In this document: positions 24,191-37,200 of the stretch, one piece after another
Layout: every line of letters starts with the position of its first letter
Numbering within the stretch: the first letter of the stretch is position 1
Source of the DNA: Octopus bimaculoides
Lineage: Eukaryota
Direction of reading: 5' to 3'
DNA: 45,708 bases
Assembly (NCBI RefSeq): GCF_001194135.2
Contig: NC_068997.1
Span: 41,553,390-41,599,097, forward strand
Notes under the pieces: generated by a model
Database searches by the model: none
The model's input: only the letters and a program-made list of their open reading frames with translations
Told to the model about the DNA's origin: nothing
Position numbers and translations under genes: made by a program

Positions 24191-24322
24191 TATATATATA
24201 TATATATATATCATCATCATCATCATCATCATTATCATTTAACGTCCATACACACACACACACACACATACACACATATATAAATATATATGGTGTGAGA
24301 GATAGATATGGAAGTGTATATG

Positions 24323-24388
<66 letters not shown>

Positions 24389-24676
24389 GTGGTAAGATAT
24401 ATATATATATATATATATGCTTGTATATATGTGTATATGTAGGTATGTATGCATCACCAACATCATCATCATCATCATCATTTACCATCCGTTGTCTGGT
24501 TTGGCATGGTTTCTACAGCTAGATGCTCTTCTTAATGCCTAGTACTTATTCTATTGGTCTCTTTTGCCAAACCACTAAGTTACAGGGACACAATAATCAA
24601 GCAATAGTGGTGGACAAACACAGACACAAAGACACACACACACACACATAAATATATATACATATATATATACATG

Positions 24677-24729
<53 letters not shown>

Positions 24730-24730
<1 letters not shown>

Positions 24731-24965
24731 ATGAGAGTCAACAACATCATAAGAACCATCAAGGAGAACAAATATAGAGGGGACGGCCACATTGTGTGAC
24801 TAAACGACAACAGATGGCCAATCAGGGTAACAGAATGGACACGAAGACAATCGAGTAGATCAAGAGATCAACCAAAGACAGGATGGCGAGATGATCTCAC
24901 CTACTACCTGGGGCCTCCATGGCCACAACTGGTCAGAAACAGACAACAGTGGAAGGAGTTTAGGG
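24730..24965 (+). mobile_element. RTE LINE 3' fragment
   Basis: Translates as MRVNNIIRTIKENKYRGDGHIV*LNDNRWPIRVTEW...R.R..PKTGWRDDL...W, the RTE C-terminal pattern. Confidence 0.75.
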
Positions 24966-25119
24966 TGGCAGGGTAGAAATAGAAATTAATTTCAGTAACT
25001 TGGAAGTGTTATTAGAACACCAGATATAATATGTAGATATTCCATCTCTTCGTATTCTAAGTTTAAATCTCTCACACATTAACTCTGCCTTTCACCCTTC
25101 CCACGGTTGAAAAACTACC

Positions 25120-25330
25120 AGTTTAAGGCAGCTGACTGACAGAATCAGTAGATCATCATATGGAATACTTTGTGGTAACTGTTGCAGCTCTTTGCTTTCT
25201 GGGTTCAACTCTTGCCACAATCAACTTTACCTTTCGCCTTTCTGAAGCAAATAAAGTACCATTCTAATGTGGAAGACCAGTGGAATCATTAATTCTAACA
25301 AATCCACTGAATGGGGTACCTTGTGGTATT
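25120..25330 (+). mobile_element. Diverged SINE family C (Nin/Deu-type domain)
   Basis: TTCTGGGTTCAACTCTTGCCACAATCAACTTTACCTTTCGCCTTTC...AATAAAGTACCA. Confidence 0.6.
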
Positions 25331-25809
25331 TTTTCCAGTTCTTTGCATTCTGTGTTCAAATCGCATTGTTGCTTACTTCGGTGATAGACATCATCCATTT
25401 CCTACTTAAATACAACCACCTGGGCCTTGGGCACCTTTATTGTTGGAATCAACCCTGTGCCAAGTATTTGAGCAAGTTCCCCAGTTTGAGGGTTACTTCT
25501 CTGCAGCCTTATATAATCTAATACAACTCAAGCTATAGTCACTGTTCTTCCACATAAATCAATAAAAAAAATTAAAAAACAAACATGTAAGTTAACCAGT
25601 AAATGACTATCAATTCATCCAGGGTGGTGAAGAGATATGCTTCTCATCTGTTTGATGCAAAAGAGTATGGAAATACATAAGTACCAGCACCGAGTTAACT
25701 GTGGCTTTTGTAAGGAAGGAAGGAAGTCTGATTTGATTTCCATGACAACTGGAATGTGATAAAAATCAATGACTGGTGCCATAGGCAAAGAGATGTGCAG
25801 TGTGAGCTA

Positions 25810-26045
25810 GTGTGGATGGTGACGGGGGTGGGGGTGGCGGCGGCGGCGGCGACGGTGACGACGGCAGCGGCTGTGGTTGTGTGGGGGTGATGATGATGAC
25901 AATGATGATGATGATGATGATGATGATGAAGGTGATGGTGATGATGATGATGATGATGGTGGTGGTTTTGATGGTGGTGGTGGTGGTGGTGGTGGTGATG
26001 GTGATGTAGAAAATGATAGACGGTGTAGATGATGTTGATAGTTGA
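25810..26045 (+). repeat. (GGC)/(GAT)/(GGT) trinucleotide tract
   Basis: Direct reading. Confidence 0.9.
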
Positions 26046-27439
26046 GATGGTTGTGCAAAAAACATACTGAGTTAGTGTTGAGAATGATAACAGAGATGAT
26101 GGTTGTTAGATGTGATCGAGATAAAGGTTTGTTTCATAAAAGAATAAATAACGGTGAGTGAGACAGAGAAAGAGAGAGAGAGAGAGAGAAAGTCAGTGAG
26201 AGAGAGAGAGAAAGCAGTTAGAGAGAGAAAGTTGGAGAGAGAGGAGCGGGGGGGGGGGATACATATTCATCCAACCAAAGCCGGCATTTGGGGGAGAGAC
26301 AAAAAAAAAAAATGCTATATTGAACTGCTTTGATGATAATGATAATAACAAGGAAGAAGGGTGGAGGTGGATAAGGATGAGGACAATAATTAAGATGCGG
26401 ATGATGGTGATGACTGAGAAGAATTTTCAACATTGTTATTGTTGTCATCATTAATAATCATTGATATTAGGATCATCATCACCACCACCACCACCACCAA
26501 CATCATATCATTACCATCACTACCACCAACATCATCATCATCCCCACCACCAACACCAGCACCAACACCACCATCATCATCATCACCATCATCTTCATCA
26601 CCATCATCATCATTATCCCACAGATCTACCACACATGTCCCTCTGTCTTTCTTGAGGATTTGGTAGACGTAAACTGAAAGGAGCCCCTTGTTTATATATA
26701 TATATATATATATATATATTTCGAAACGTCTAGTTAGAATAGAGGCAGCTGATGAATAATTCCAAGTGGCTTTCTGTTTTCCTATGTGTTCGTTCCGTTG
26801 TCTGTAGTTCATTGTTCTAACGTCCTGTACCCTGATATGCATCTATATACACATGTAGATGTAAGTATATACATATATGTGTGTATACATGCATATATAT
26901 TCTTTGTATTATATATANNNNNNNNNNNNNNNNNNNNNNNNNNNNNNNNNNNNNNNNNNNNNNNNNNNNNNNNNNNNNNNNNNNNNNNNNNNNNNNNNNN
27001 NNNNNNNNNNNNNNNNNNNNNNNNNNNNNNNNNNNNNNNNNNNNNNNNNNNNNNNNNNNNNNNNNNNNNNNNNNNNNNNNNNNNNNNNNNNNNNNNNNNN
27101 NNNNNNNNNNNNNNNNNNNNNNNNNNNNNNNNNNNNNNNNNNNNNNNNNNTATATATATATATATTGTTGTATTGGGGGATGGTCATGTTGGCAGTTTAG
27201 CCAATGAAAACACATGCATTATATATTTGTTTTCTTCTAAGCAAAGGACCACTGATGAGGTCACAGAAGTGTGACCAAAGAACTCTGGCCAAAATAAAAT
27301 TAATATAAAATAAAGCTAAAGCAAGTGTGAACACCAAATATATAGTGCTAAACTGGCAACATCACCATCCCCAAAATACAACAATATCTGTTTCGACACA
27401 CGAATTCACATCAAGAATCTTGCAAAATGAATATATAAG

Positions 27440-27640
27440 CATAATATGTGTGTGTGTATGTGTCTATTTGTCACACCATCACCAGCTGACAATCGGTAAC
27501 TTAGCAGTTCAGCAAAAGCGACTAATAGAATAAGTACTAGGCTTAAAAAGTAAGTCCTGAGTCTGATTTTTTTGACTAAAAATTCTTCAAGGTGGTGCTC
27601 CAGCATGGCCACAGTCAAATGACTGAAACAAGTGAAAGAA
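27440..27640 (+). mobile_element. SINE family A, 3' half
   Basis: ACTTAGCAGTTCAGCAAAAG...GGTGCTCCAGCATGGCCACAGTCAAATGACTGAAAC. Confidence 0.8.
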
Positions 27641-27994
27641 TAGACAAAAGACAGTTGAGAACCACTGGCAAATACTCCATCGAAATTTATGAATGAAAAG
27701 CTATCTTTATATATTAAAAAAACTCAATTATTTTAATTAGTTAATTGCTGTTAATTTTAAATTCATTAAAAAAATAACCATCAAATGCTGGGGTTTTAGA
27801 AATTGACTATACTCTCTCCTATGATTTGTGACCTTGAGGTCAATGTTTGAAATTCATTTTAGGAATGAGAAAGTGAAGCCTTAATTAGTCAACATTAATT
27901 GCAAATTCATCTCTCTTTCACTCACTCACTCACTCACTCTCTCTCTCTCTCACTCTCTCTCACTCTTTCTCTCTGTCTCTCTCTATGTATCTTT

Positions 27995-28400
27995 TATTCT
28001 TTTATCTTTTACTGGTTTCAGTCAATAGATTGTAGCCATGCTGCGGCACCGCCTTGAAGAATTTTTAGCTGACCGAATCAATCTCAGTGCTTGTTTTCAA
28101 GCCTGGTACTTATTTTATCAGTCCCTTTTGCCAAACCGCTAGATTATGGGGATGCAAACACATCAACATTGCTTGTCAAGTTATGGTGACAGACAAACTC
28201 AGATTCAAAGACAGTCAGACACACACACACACACACATATACAATGGGCTTCTATTCAGTTTCTGTCCACCATATCAACTCAAGGCTTTGCTCAGCCGGA
28301 GGATATAGTAGAAGACACTTGCTCAAGGTACCACACAGTGGGATTAAATCTGGAACCATGTGGTTGGGAAGCAAGCTACTTAACACTCAGCCATGCCTGC
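27995..28400 (-). mobile_element. SINE family A, near full length
   Basis: Reverse complement of head and tail with internal (CA)n. Confidence 0.8.
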
Positions 28401-28424
28401 ACATATACATATACACATATACAT

Positions 28425-28456
<32 letters not shown>

Positions 28457-28611
28457 GTATGTGTATGTGTATATATATATANNNNNNNNNNNNNNNNNNN
28501 NNNNNNNNNNNNNNNNNNNNNNNNNNNNNNNNNNNNNNNNNNNNNNNNNNNNNNNNNNNNNNNNNNNNNNNNNNNNNNNNNNNNNNNNNNNNNNNNNNNN
28601 NNNNNNNNNAT

Positions 28612-28870
28612 ATTATCATCATCATCATCATCGTTTAACGTCCGCTTTCCATGCTTGCATGGGTTGGACGATTTGACTGAGGACTGGTGAACCAGATGGC
28701 TACACCAGGCTCCAATCTGATCTGGCAGAGTTCCTACAGCTGGATGCCCTTCCTAATGCCAACCACTCCAAGAGTGTAGTGGGTGCTTTTACGTGCCACC
28801 AGCACGAAGGCCAGTCAGGCGGTACTGGCAACGGCAACACTCAAAATGGTGTATTTTATGTACCACCTGC
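28612..28870 (-). mobile_element. SINE/short retroposon family B, 3' part ending in (ATG)n
   Basis: CATCGTTTAACGTCCGCTTTCCATGC...GCTGGATGCCCTTCCTAATGCCAACCAC. Homologous copies at 24470-24535, 32600-32790, 38680-38885 and 39270-39378. Confidence 0.8.
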
Positions 28871-29859
28871 ACATACATACATATGTATGTAAAATGTATA
28901 GCTAAAGGATAAAGTTCCTTTCCAAATCATATAGACTTGTAGCGCGACCATTTTCTATTATTGCATATCTGAAAGCATTAAGTGGGCTTATATAGGCTCA
29001 TCACATTAATATGTAATGATTGGTCAACATAGCTAACATGTGAATGTTTGGACATTTATTGAGTCTTGTGTTGTGATTGGTTGAGTGTTATGTGAGAATT
29101 GGATCAAATGTCCAATCACGTTGCACATAATGCAATTCAAACAACTAACACATGTGTTCTGGAGCCTCCTTTTTTCCATAATTTAGTGTTACAAATTATT
29201 TACAAGTTAGAGGGTGTGAGAGTTTTTAATCAAGGTGAGTTATACAGATTCCTGCCATTTTCACCAGAAAGAAATTATATAACAAAACACACATCACCAA
29301 CGATGACCCAAGCTGAATTATCAAAATGATAGATGAACAGCAACCACCAGAGTTTGCAATGTTTTTTGCTTTGATCCACTATACCACTTTGCGGAGGAAG
29401 TCCCACTGTTTTATAAAGTTAATTTCTTTTGTTACTTCCATGAATGAACACGCAAATATATTATATAATGGCATACATGCTCTTTAGTAAGATCAAGGGA
29501 GACTTTATGTACCCATAAAAGACTCATAGGGCTGATTTCCTTGTTTCTATGCCATATATATTCATCCCAGGATTACTCATGAAATGAAGTGTTTTGCTCA
29601 AGAACATAATGCATCACCCAGTTCAGGAATTGAAACTACAATCTTGCAATCATGAGTTCAACACCCTAACCACTACATATATAACATATAGAATAGATCA
29701 TAATCCAAGTGTGCCCTTGCAAAGCACATCTGCATGTACACAGTAATTGAATGTATGTATATAGATGATCTATTTTAAATGAGGCAACTCCTGTCCTGTA
29801 GTGAAACATGTGTAAAAAGTAATTAGAAATATACCAAATTTTTCCAAATGTACGATGGG

Positions 29860-30012
29860 TTTCTTTCAGTTTCCATCTACCAAATCTATTCTCATGGTTT
29901 TTGATTAGCCTAAGGTTAAAGTAGATGACACTCACCCAAAATGACATGCGGTGAGACTGCATCCAAAACCATGTGGTCGGGAAACAAACTTCTCACCACA
30001 CAGCCACAGCTG
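29860..30012 (-). mobile_element. SINE family A head, diverged
   Basis: TTTCTTTCAGTTTCCATCTACCAAATC...ACCATGTGGTCGGGAAACAAACTTCTCACCACACAGCC. Confidence 0.75.
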
Positions 30013-30049
30013 CATGTATAAGATGCATGACAATAGTTGCTAATTAATC

Positions 30050-30600
30050 ATGTCACTGTTAATTAGGCAGCAGTAGACATAAATTTAGCAGCTATTATTA
30101 GACATCTAACAACATATGAATTAGTATATTTACTGTTGTTTGAGAGTTGATAATAGATTTTAATTAGGATAATTACTACTATTCAGGGCAACTAAGAACA
30201 TGTATAAATTAAGCTAGTTATAGTTAATTAGACAGCTAACAATAGACAATAATTAAGTTACTGATATTAGGAAACAGACGATTTATTTACTGTTATTAGC
30301 TAACAATAGAAATCAATTTAATTACATTAATTAATTACATAATTACGTAATGAGACAACTAACAACAGACTATGTTTGTTAGTTATTATGAGTATAGATT
30401 TAACAATAGATTCTAATTAAATTAGATTAGTTATCATTATTAGATGGCTAAGAATAGATACTTATTAGTAGACTATTGTTAGAGGTTAACATTAATTAGT
30501 ATTTTAACTGTAATTAGAGGATAAACAATAGGCAATAATTAGGGTTAGATACTAATATAAAAGAGTCAATAATTAATGCTAGTTAGAGACTAATGAATCT
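30050..30600. repeat. Degenerate AT-rich minisatellite (CTAACAATAGA / TAATTAG motifs)
   Basis: Motif variants at 30235, 30299, 30358, 30399, 30447 and 30521. Confidence 0.6.
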
Positions 30601-30934
30601 TTTTGTTCAGTAGAATATTACCAACTATTCAATATGTAATATTGATTTTTATTGACTAGATACCCCAAGATCAGATTTTTTTAAGGGTTTTGGTCATTCC
30701 TACAAGTTAACCTTAGTATGAGCTCAGAATATAAAAGAATATCTAAATACTACCAAAGCATATTGTCCTTCTGTCTAATGACCTTCTTTCAATATTTGAT
30801 AAATAGAAAAATTATGGCAGATAGCAGAAGTTGTTGACCATTGAATAAAAAAAATACTATCAGGGTTCAAATCTCAGCTGAGGTTAAATTTCAATTCATC
30901 ATTATTGATAAAATAATTTATCAATAATATCTTT

Positions 30935-31315
30935 CATCTTTTACTCGTCTCAGTCATTAGACTGCGGCCAAGCTGGGGCAACACCTTGAGGAATTTTTTG
31001 TCAAATGAATCGACCCCAGAGCTTAATTCAAGCCTGGTACTTATTCTATCAGTCTCTTTTGTGAAACTGCTTAGTTATAGAGGCCATAAACACACCAGCA
31101 CCTGTTTGCAAGTGGTCACGGGGAACAGACTCACACACACACACACACACATACGACAAGCTTCTTTCAGTTTCCATCTACCAAATCCACTCACAAGGCT
31201 TTGGTCAGCCTGAGACTATAGCGGAAGACACCTGCCAAGGTGTCACACAGTGAGACTGAACCCGGAAGCATGTAGTTAAAAAGCAAGCTTTTTACCACAC
31301 AGCCACGCCTATGTC
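30935..31315 (-). mobile_element. SINE family A, near full length
   Basis: Reverse complement of head and tail. Confidence 0.85.
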
Positions 31316-31329
31316 TGCTTAATATATAT

Positions 31330-32270
31330 TTGATCATCATTATTATCAATACCATCACGATCATTCCCATCATTAGCATCGCCATCATCCCCATCTTTGC
31401 ATTTACTATTATCACTATCATCATCACCAGCATTATGACTGTCATCATATAAATCATCATCGTCATCATCAACATCATCATCATCATCATCATCATCATC
31501 ACCATTATCGTCTTCATTTTTAACATTCCCACAGTCACCATCACTATCATCACCGTTATTGTCATCATCATCATCATCATCATCATTAGCATTATCATCA
31601 CCACTATTATCAATACTGAAATCATCATTATCATCATCATCATCATCAGCAGCAGCAGCAGCAGCATTTTATTCAATCATTCTCTTCTTCAGAATTCCTT
31701 GGTTGTTAACCTTTCCTCAAACTTCATTATCACCATTATCATTATCATCATCATCATCATCATCATCATCACCATCTCCATCATCTCCATAATTAATCAT
31801 CATCATCACCATTTCAACATCACCTCACTGTCAACAACATTATCATTGCCTTCATCTTCCTCACCACCACCACCATCACCACCACTATCATCATCATCAT
31901 CATTGCCAATTCTGTCAGACATTAACCTTTCGCAAACTTCAATAGTTCAAAGAGAACATTAACATTAACTAATTATCCCAGTCACTCGTTAAGGAAAACA
32001 CTTGAAAATATTATGACCACTGGCACTTCCTTTTCTGGGTTACAAAGCAATCACCATCACCACCACCATCATCATCGTCGTCATCATCATCATCATCATC
32101 ATCATCATCGTCGTCGTCATCATCATCGTAATCATTATCATTTACCCTCACCATCACCATCAACACCATCATCGTCATAATCCTCATTATCATCATCATC
32201 GTTGTTAGCAAGAACATCATCATTGTCATCATAATCATCATCACCATCATCATTATGTTCCATATTCTGT
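31330..32270. repeat. Long degenerate (CAT)n/(CAC)n microsatellite field
   Basis: Direct reading; the source of the poly-Met/Ser/His/Ile ORFs. Confidence 0.9.
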
Positions 32271-32294
32271 CTTCCAATGAAGTAATTCCCCTTG

Positions 32295-32590
32295 CAACTG
32301 TATGCGTTGTGAGTTCAGTCCCACTGTGCAGCACCTTCAGCAAGTGTCTTCTACTATAGCCCCAGGTCAACCAATTTCTCATGAAAGGATTTATGAGTGG
32401 AAAGAAATAGTGTGGATGCTCCCCATGTGTGTGTGTGTGTGTGTGTTTGTGTCGTTTTTACTTGTCCATATCCTGTTGGACAACCAGGTTTTTTTTGTTT
32501 TTTTACATGCTTCTGTAATTTAGTAGTTTTGGGAAAAAAAAAATATAGTATAAAATGCTTTTTTTAATTAAATCCTTTAAGGTGGTGCCT
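32295..32590 (+). mobile_element. SINE family A, diverged
   Basis: GAGTTCAGTCCCACTGTGCAGCACCTTCAGCAAGTGTCTTCTACTATAGCC and a degenerate tail. Confidence 0.7.
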
Positions 32591-32793
32591 GTAAAAAGCA
32601 CCGGTGCTACTGCACGTATAAAGCACCGAACACACTCTGTAAAGTGGTTGACATTATGAAGGACGTCCAATCATAGAAACCAAGCCAAAACACACAACTG
32701 GAACCTGGTCCAGCTCCCCAGCTTGCCAGCTCTGGTCAAACTGTCCAACCCATGCCAGCATGGAAAATAGACGTTAAATGATGATGATGATGG

Positions 32794-32838
<45 letters not shown>

Positions 32839-33118
32839 GTGGTGATGGTGGTGATGATGATGATGATGGTGATGATGATGGTGATGATGATGGTGATGAT
32901 GATGGTGATGATGATGATGATGATATGAGTTCACTTTCCAACTACTTGGTTCTAGGTTCAATCCCTCAATCCCACTGAGTGGCACTGTGGGCAAGTATCT
33001 TCTACTAAAGCCACATGCTGAACAAAGGCGTGTGAGTAGATTTGATTGATGGAAACTGAATGAAGGCCATCATATTTATATATACATATAAATATATATA
33101 TCTCTGTATAAGTATATA

Positions 33119-34326
33119 TCAGGTCATCCCATAAGTTCTGTCCGATTTTACCTTTTTTCAAAATTGAATGGAATTTAATAGTATTTTAGAATGTCCAATG
33201 GAATTAAAATTATTAAACTAATTAAATATTATTTTACATTTAAACTAATTAAATATTATTTTACAGAATAACAGAATTAAAATTTCTTTGATTAAAACCC
33301 TTTCTAACATGGAAGTATCCAAAGAGCATTTGAGGCACATAATGCTTTAGGAGTACAAAAAAGAAAACTCTGCAGCCGAAGCAACTCAAAACATATGAGA
33401 ACGAATGCTTGAATGAAAGAACTTGCAGAAGATGGTTTGCAAAATTCAGAAGTAAAGATTTCAGCCTTAAAGATGAAGATTGAACAGGACGTCCAGTTGA
33501 GTTTGAGGATAAGCTCCTTGAGGCATTACTTGAAGAAAATGCTGCATTATCAGTTGAAGAATTGGCAGTAAAGCTTAGTTCAAACCATACAACTGTTCAT
33601 CATCATCTTCAATAACTTGGAAAGGTTCCTAAACTTGGAAAATGGGTGCCTCATGAATTGTCCGAAAGCAACTGCAAATCCTGAGTTCACATCTGCTCTT
33701 CTCTCCATTCTTGCGAACTCATTTCACCCTTTTTGGATAGACTTGTGACTGATGATGAAAAATGGATCTTCTATCGNNNNNNNNNNTCTCTCTATCTGGT
33801 GGGATTGCAAAGGAGTAATTCACTTTGAATTGTTACCAACTAATGCAACAATCAATGCTCAAGTCTACTGTCAGCAATGAGAGCATTTCCACCAAGCTTT
33901 GAACAAAAAAAGTCCCGCTTTAGTGAAATGAAAAGGAGTGATGTTTCATCAGGACAATGCACGACCCCACACTGCAAAGATCACATTATAGAAGATCGAA
34001 GAGCTTAGTTGGGAGAAAATTCCTCATCCACCTTATTCTCTCGACCTTGCTCCTTCAGACTACCAATTTGTTTCGTAGTTTACAGAATCATTTGGGGGAC
34101 ATAATTTTCGCAAGCCAGGAGGAGATCGAAAGTGACATTCCAGAGTTCTTCGCTTTGAAACCAAAAGAGTTTTATATTGATGGAATAAAAAAAGCTTGTA
34201 AATAGATTGAAGGAAGTCATAGATAATCAGGGAAAGTACATTGATGATTAAATTTCAATTAAATATAACATTTGATCACTTGTTTTCTTCATTCAAAAAT
34301 CGGGCAGAACTTATGAGATGACCTGA
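33119..34326 (+). mobile_element. Full-length degenerate mariner (DD34D) transposon
   Basis: TIRs TCAGGTCATCCCATAAGTTCTGTCCGATTTT / AAAATCGGGCAGAACTTATGAGATGACCTGA (2 mismatches) with TA flanks. The transposase from about 33310 (MEVSKEHLRHIML..., GKWVPHELS, LDRLVTDDEKW, FHQDNARPH, PHPPYSLDLAPSDY) has stops and a 10-N gap. Confidence 0.93.
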
Positions 34327-34582
34327 TATATATATATATGTATGTATGTATGTATGTAAGAGTGGATGGAGAAACACAAAATTAGCACACAACTCATTAG
34401 GCTGGAGATACATGTATTCAGTAACAGTTTGACTCAGCTCCATTTGACTTAACTCTTTTGTTGCTTATTTCTGTCAACACATACTGCCTTTGTTTCAATT
34501 GATTTTTAAAATAATGAAGTATTTAGTAAAATAACTTTCTCATTATTAAGCTGGAGTCTGGAATAATTTAGCATAAAATTGG

Positions 34583-34585
34583 AAA

Positions 34586-34621
<36 letters not shown>

Positions 34622-34808
34622 AATGTATGTATGTGTGTGTATGTATGTATGTATGTATGTATGTATGTATGTATGTGTGTGTGTGTATGTATGTATGTAT
34701 GTATGTATGTATGTGTGTGTGTGTATGTATGTATGTATGTATGTATGTATGTGTGTGTGTGTATGTATGTATGTATGTATGTATGTATGTATGTGTGTGT
34801 GTGTGTAT
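34583..34808. repeat. (GTAT)n/(GT)n compound microsatellite
   Basis: Direct reading. Confidence 0.9.
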
Positions 34809-35893
34809 AGGCTGCGTAAGATATTTGAGGAAAGATTTATGTTTATAAAAAAACAGATATATAATAATAGATAATAATTTTATTTATGAAAAAATGCTAT
34901 GAGGATAAAAATAAACCTTCTTTTCTATAATATTATTCAATAAAGCCACCTTCAGCTTCAACAAATGCTTCTATATGAGATCTAAATCATCTACATGCTC
35001 GAATCAAGTGGTCTTGGTTCATTTTGGACATTACTCTGGCCATGGCAGCTTTTAAAGAATCTTTGGTGTTATGGGTGTGTTCATTGACCTCTCTCACAAC
35101 AACACGCCACATGTAATGGTCCAATGGATTGAGATCTGGGGAATTAGGAGGCCAAATGTTAGGGGTTATGTGGTCATCCATTCCTGTTACTAGAGTCATG
35201 TGTGATAGGGCAGTCTTACTGAAACACACATGGCCTTTCATTGCATATACTGTCTGTCCAGGGCTTAATTATTTCCAGGACCTCAATGTAGGTGAAAGAG
35301 CTAACTCTAAGGCCTTGTGGAAAGTTGTAAGGAAGCATCACATGCCCTTCATTGCTGACAACCCTTAAAACAATGACAGTTGCAGGAAATTTTGTATGCA
35401 TAACACTTGAACTTCAGAAGGGTCTGCACATAGCCATCTGTCATTTCTTCTGTTAACTTTTTGATCTTGGTCAAAGTTTTTCTCGTTTGAGAAAAACGAA
35501 ATCAAATCTTCTTCTGCTGGATTTTTCAGTTTAAGAGCCTTTTGGATTTGCTGTAGTGATTTTGTTTTGCTTTTTCTGGCAAATTGGCCTTTCCTCATCA
35601 TATAAGACTTATAGCTAATGTCTTTGTAAAAAACATTTCTGACTGTTCCTTCTGACACGTGGAGATCTTTTGCAATTGACCTCATGGTCTTTATAGGATT
35701 ATAATCAATGGTCTGTTGAACTTGTTGGATAAATTCAGGTGTTCTGATGATTTCAGAGCGTTTAGAATGCTTTTTCTGCTTTGATACTGGTGACATGTTT
35801 CCATCTTCAGTCTCTAACTCCTTACAAACTTTGTAGATGAAAGATCTGGCAACTTTTAAAAATTGAGATATTTCTAAATCGCTATGCTCAGCC
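34806..35893 (-). mobile_element. Tc1/mariner transposon, probably maT/Bmmar1-like (DD37D); 5' end lost in a gap
   Basis: Minus frames give HTH ...IRTPEFIQQVQQTIDYNP..MRSIAKDLHVSEGTVR, FFSNEKNFDQDQKVNRRNDRW, VIVLRVVSNEGHVM and IWPPNSPDLNPLDHYMW. Confidence 0.85.
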
Positions 35894-36155
35894 NNNNNNN
35901 NNNNNNNNNNNNNNNNNNNNNNNNNNNNNNNNNNNNNNNNNNNNNNNNNNNNNNNNNNNNNNNNNNNNNNNNNNNNNNNNNNNNNNNNNNNNNNNNNNNN
36001 NNNNNNNNNNNNNNNNNNNNNNNNNNNNNNNNNNNNNNNNNNNNNNNNNNNNNNNNNNNNNNNNNNNNNNNNNNNNNNNNNNNNNNNNNNNNNNNNNNNN
36101 NNNNNNNNNNNNNNNNNNNNNNNNNNNNNNNNNNNNNNNNNNNNNNNNNNNNNNN

Positions 36156-36190
<35 letters not shown>

Positions 36191-36199
36191 GATATATAT

Positions 36200-36365
36200 A
36201 TGACAGGCTTCTTTCAGTTTTCATTCACCAGATCCACTCACCAGGCTTTGGTTGGTCTGAGGTTATAGTAGGAGACACTTGCCCAAGGTTCCACGCAGTA
36301 GGACTGAACCTAGAACCATGTGGTTGGGAAGCAAGCTTCTTACCATTCAGCCATACTTGTACCTA
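36200..36365 (-). mobile_element. SINE family A head, ~165 bp upstream of the second Tg1 exon
   Basis: GACAGGCTTCTTTCAGTTTTC...CCATGTGGTTGGGAAGCAAGCTTCTTACCA. Confidence 0.8.
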
Positions 36366-36528
36366 TGAATTTTTTAATCTGTCACTCATAAAAATGAAAG
36401 ATATGCATTAAACATGTTTTTATTATTTGCATCCTTCTGTATAGCTAACAAATGCATGCATACCTTGCACTCATGCAGGAAACATCTCTAATTTGACTTA
36501 TGGTCCTCTATGTTCTGCCCTCTTTCAG

Positions 36529-36614
36529 ATGTTACTGTGCAGATGAATTTGGTGCCCCTATCACAGATGTTGATATCAGTTTGGAAGAGGTCAAGAGAAC
36601 AAACATGAACTGTA
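36529..36614 (+). CDS. Internal coding exon, C-terminal half of the same Tg1 domain
   Basis: Acceptor tgttctgccctctttcag ends at 36528; donor A|gtaagt at 36615. The 86-nt exon (phase 2 to phase 1) reads (G)CYCADEFGAPITDVDISLEEVKRTNMNC, a CWCV-like motif plus the final Cys. It joins the 3332-3443 exon in frame (GG+A = Gly). Confidence 0.9.
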
Positions 36615-36964
36615 GTAAGTATACAACACATTTTGTATCATGGACAATAGGGTAAACAAAGGGGTCAGTATTTACAGCTTTCTCACAGTGAATAGTCAAT
36701 CACTGCCCTTCACTGTGTATCTCATGGTGAACATGAGAATAAAGTGTCTGAGCAACTTGGGAAGAATAAATACCACAAGGTATTTCTGTTTGACACACTG
36801 GTTTTCCAACAATTTTCTTACCAGTAAATATGCATATATATGAGTATTTATGTGTTTGTGTATGGGTATATGCATTTTGCATGTGTCTATGTATATATGA
36901 ATATATTCCACCCAATGAAGCACCCACACACAGCTGCTGGTGAAAAATATTCAACTATACAGAT

Positions 36965-37118
36965 GCAGGAATGGTTGTATGGTAAGAAGCTTGCATCCCA
37001 TCCACATGGTTCTGGGTTCAGTCCTACTATGTGACACCTTGGGCAAATGTCTTTTATTATAACCTCAGGCTGACCAAATTCTTGTGAGTTTGGTAGATGG
37101 AAACTGAAAGAAGCCCAT

Positions 37119-37200
<82 letters not shown>

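Noticed and set aside
26721-26760. GAAACGTC followed 18 nt later by CTGATGA (permuted hammerhead?)
   Set aside because: The intervening sequence does not form stem I and no stem II partner is visible; it is probably a truncated tandem pLTR remnant.
30050-32930. Repeat arrays as possible CRISPR-like repeat-spacer structures
   Set aside because: There are no constant-length identical repeats with unique spacers and no cas genes; the context is eukaryotic.
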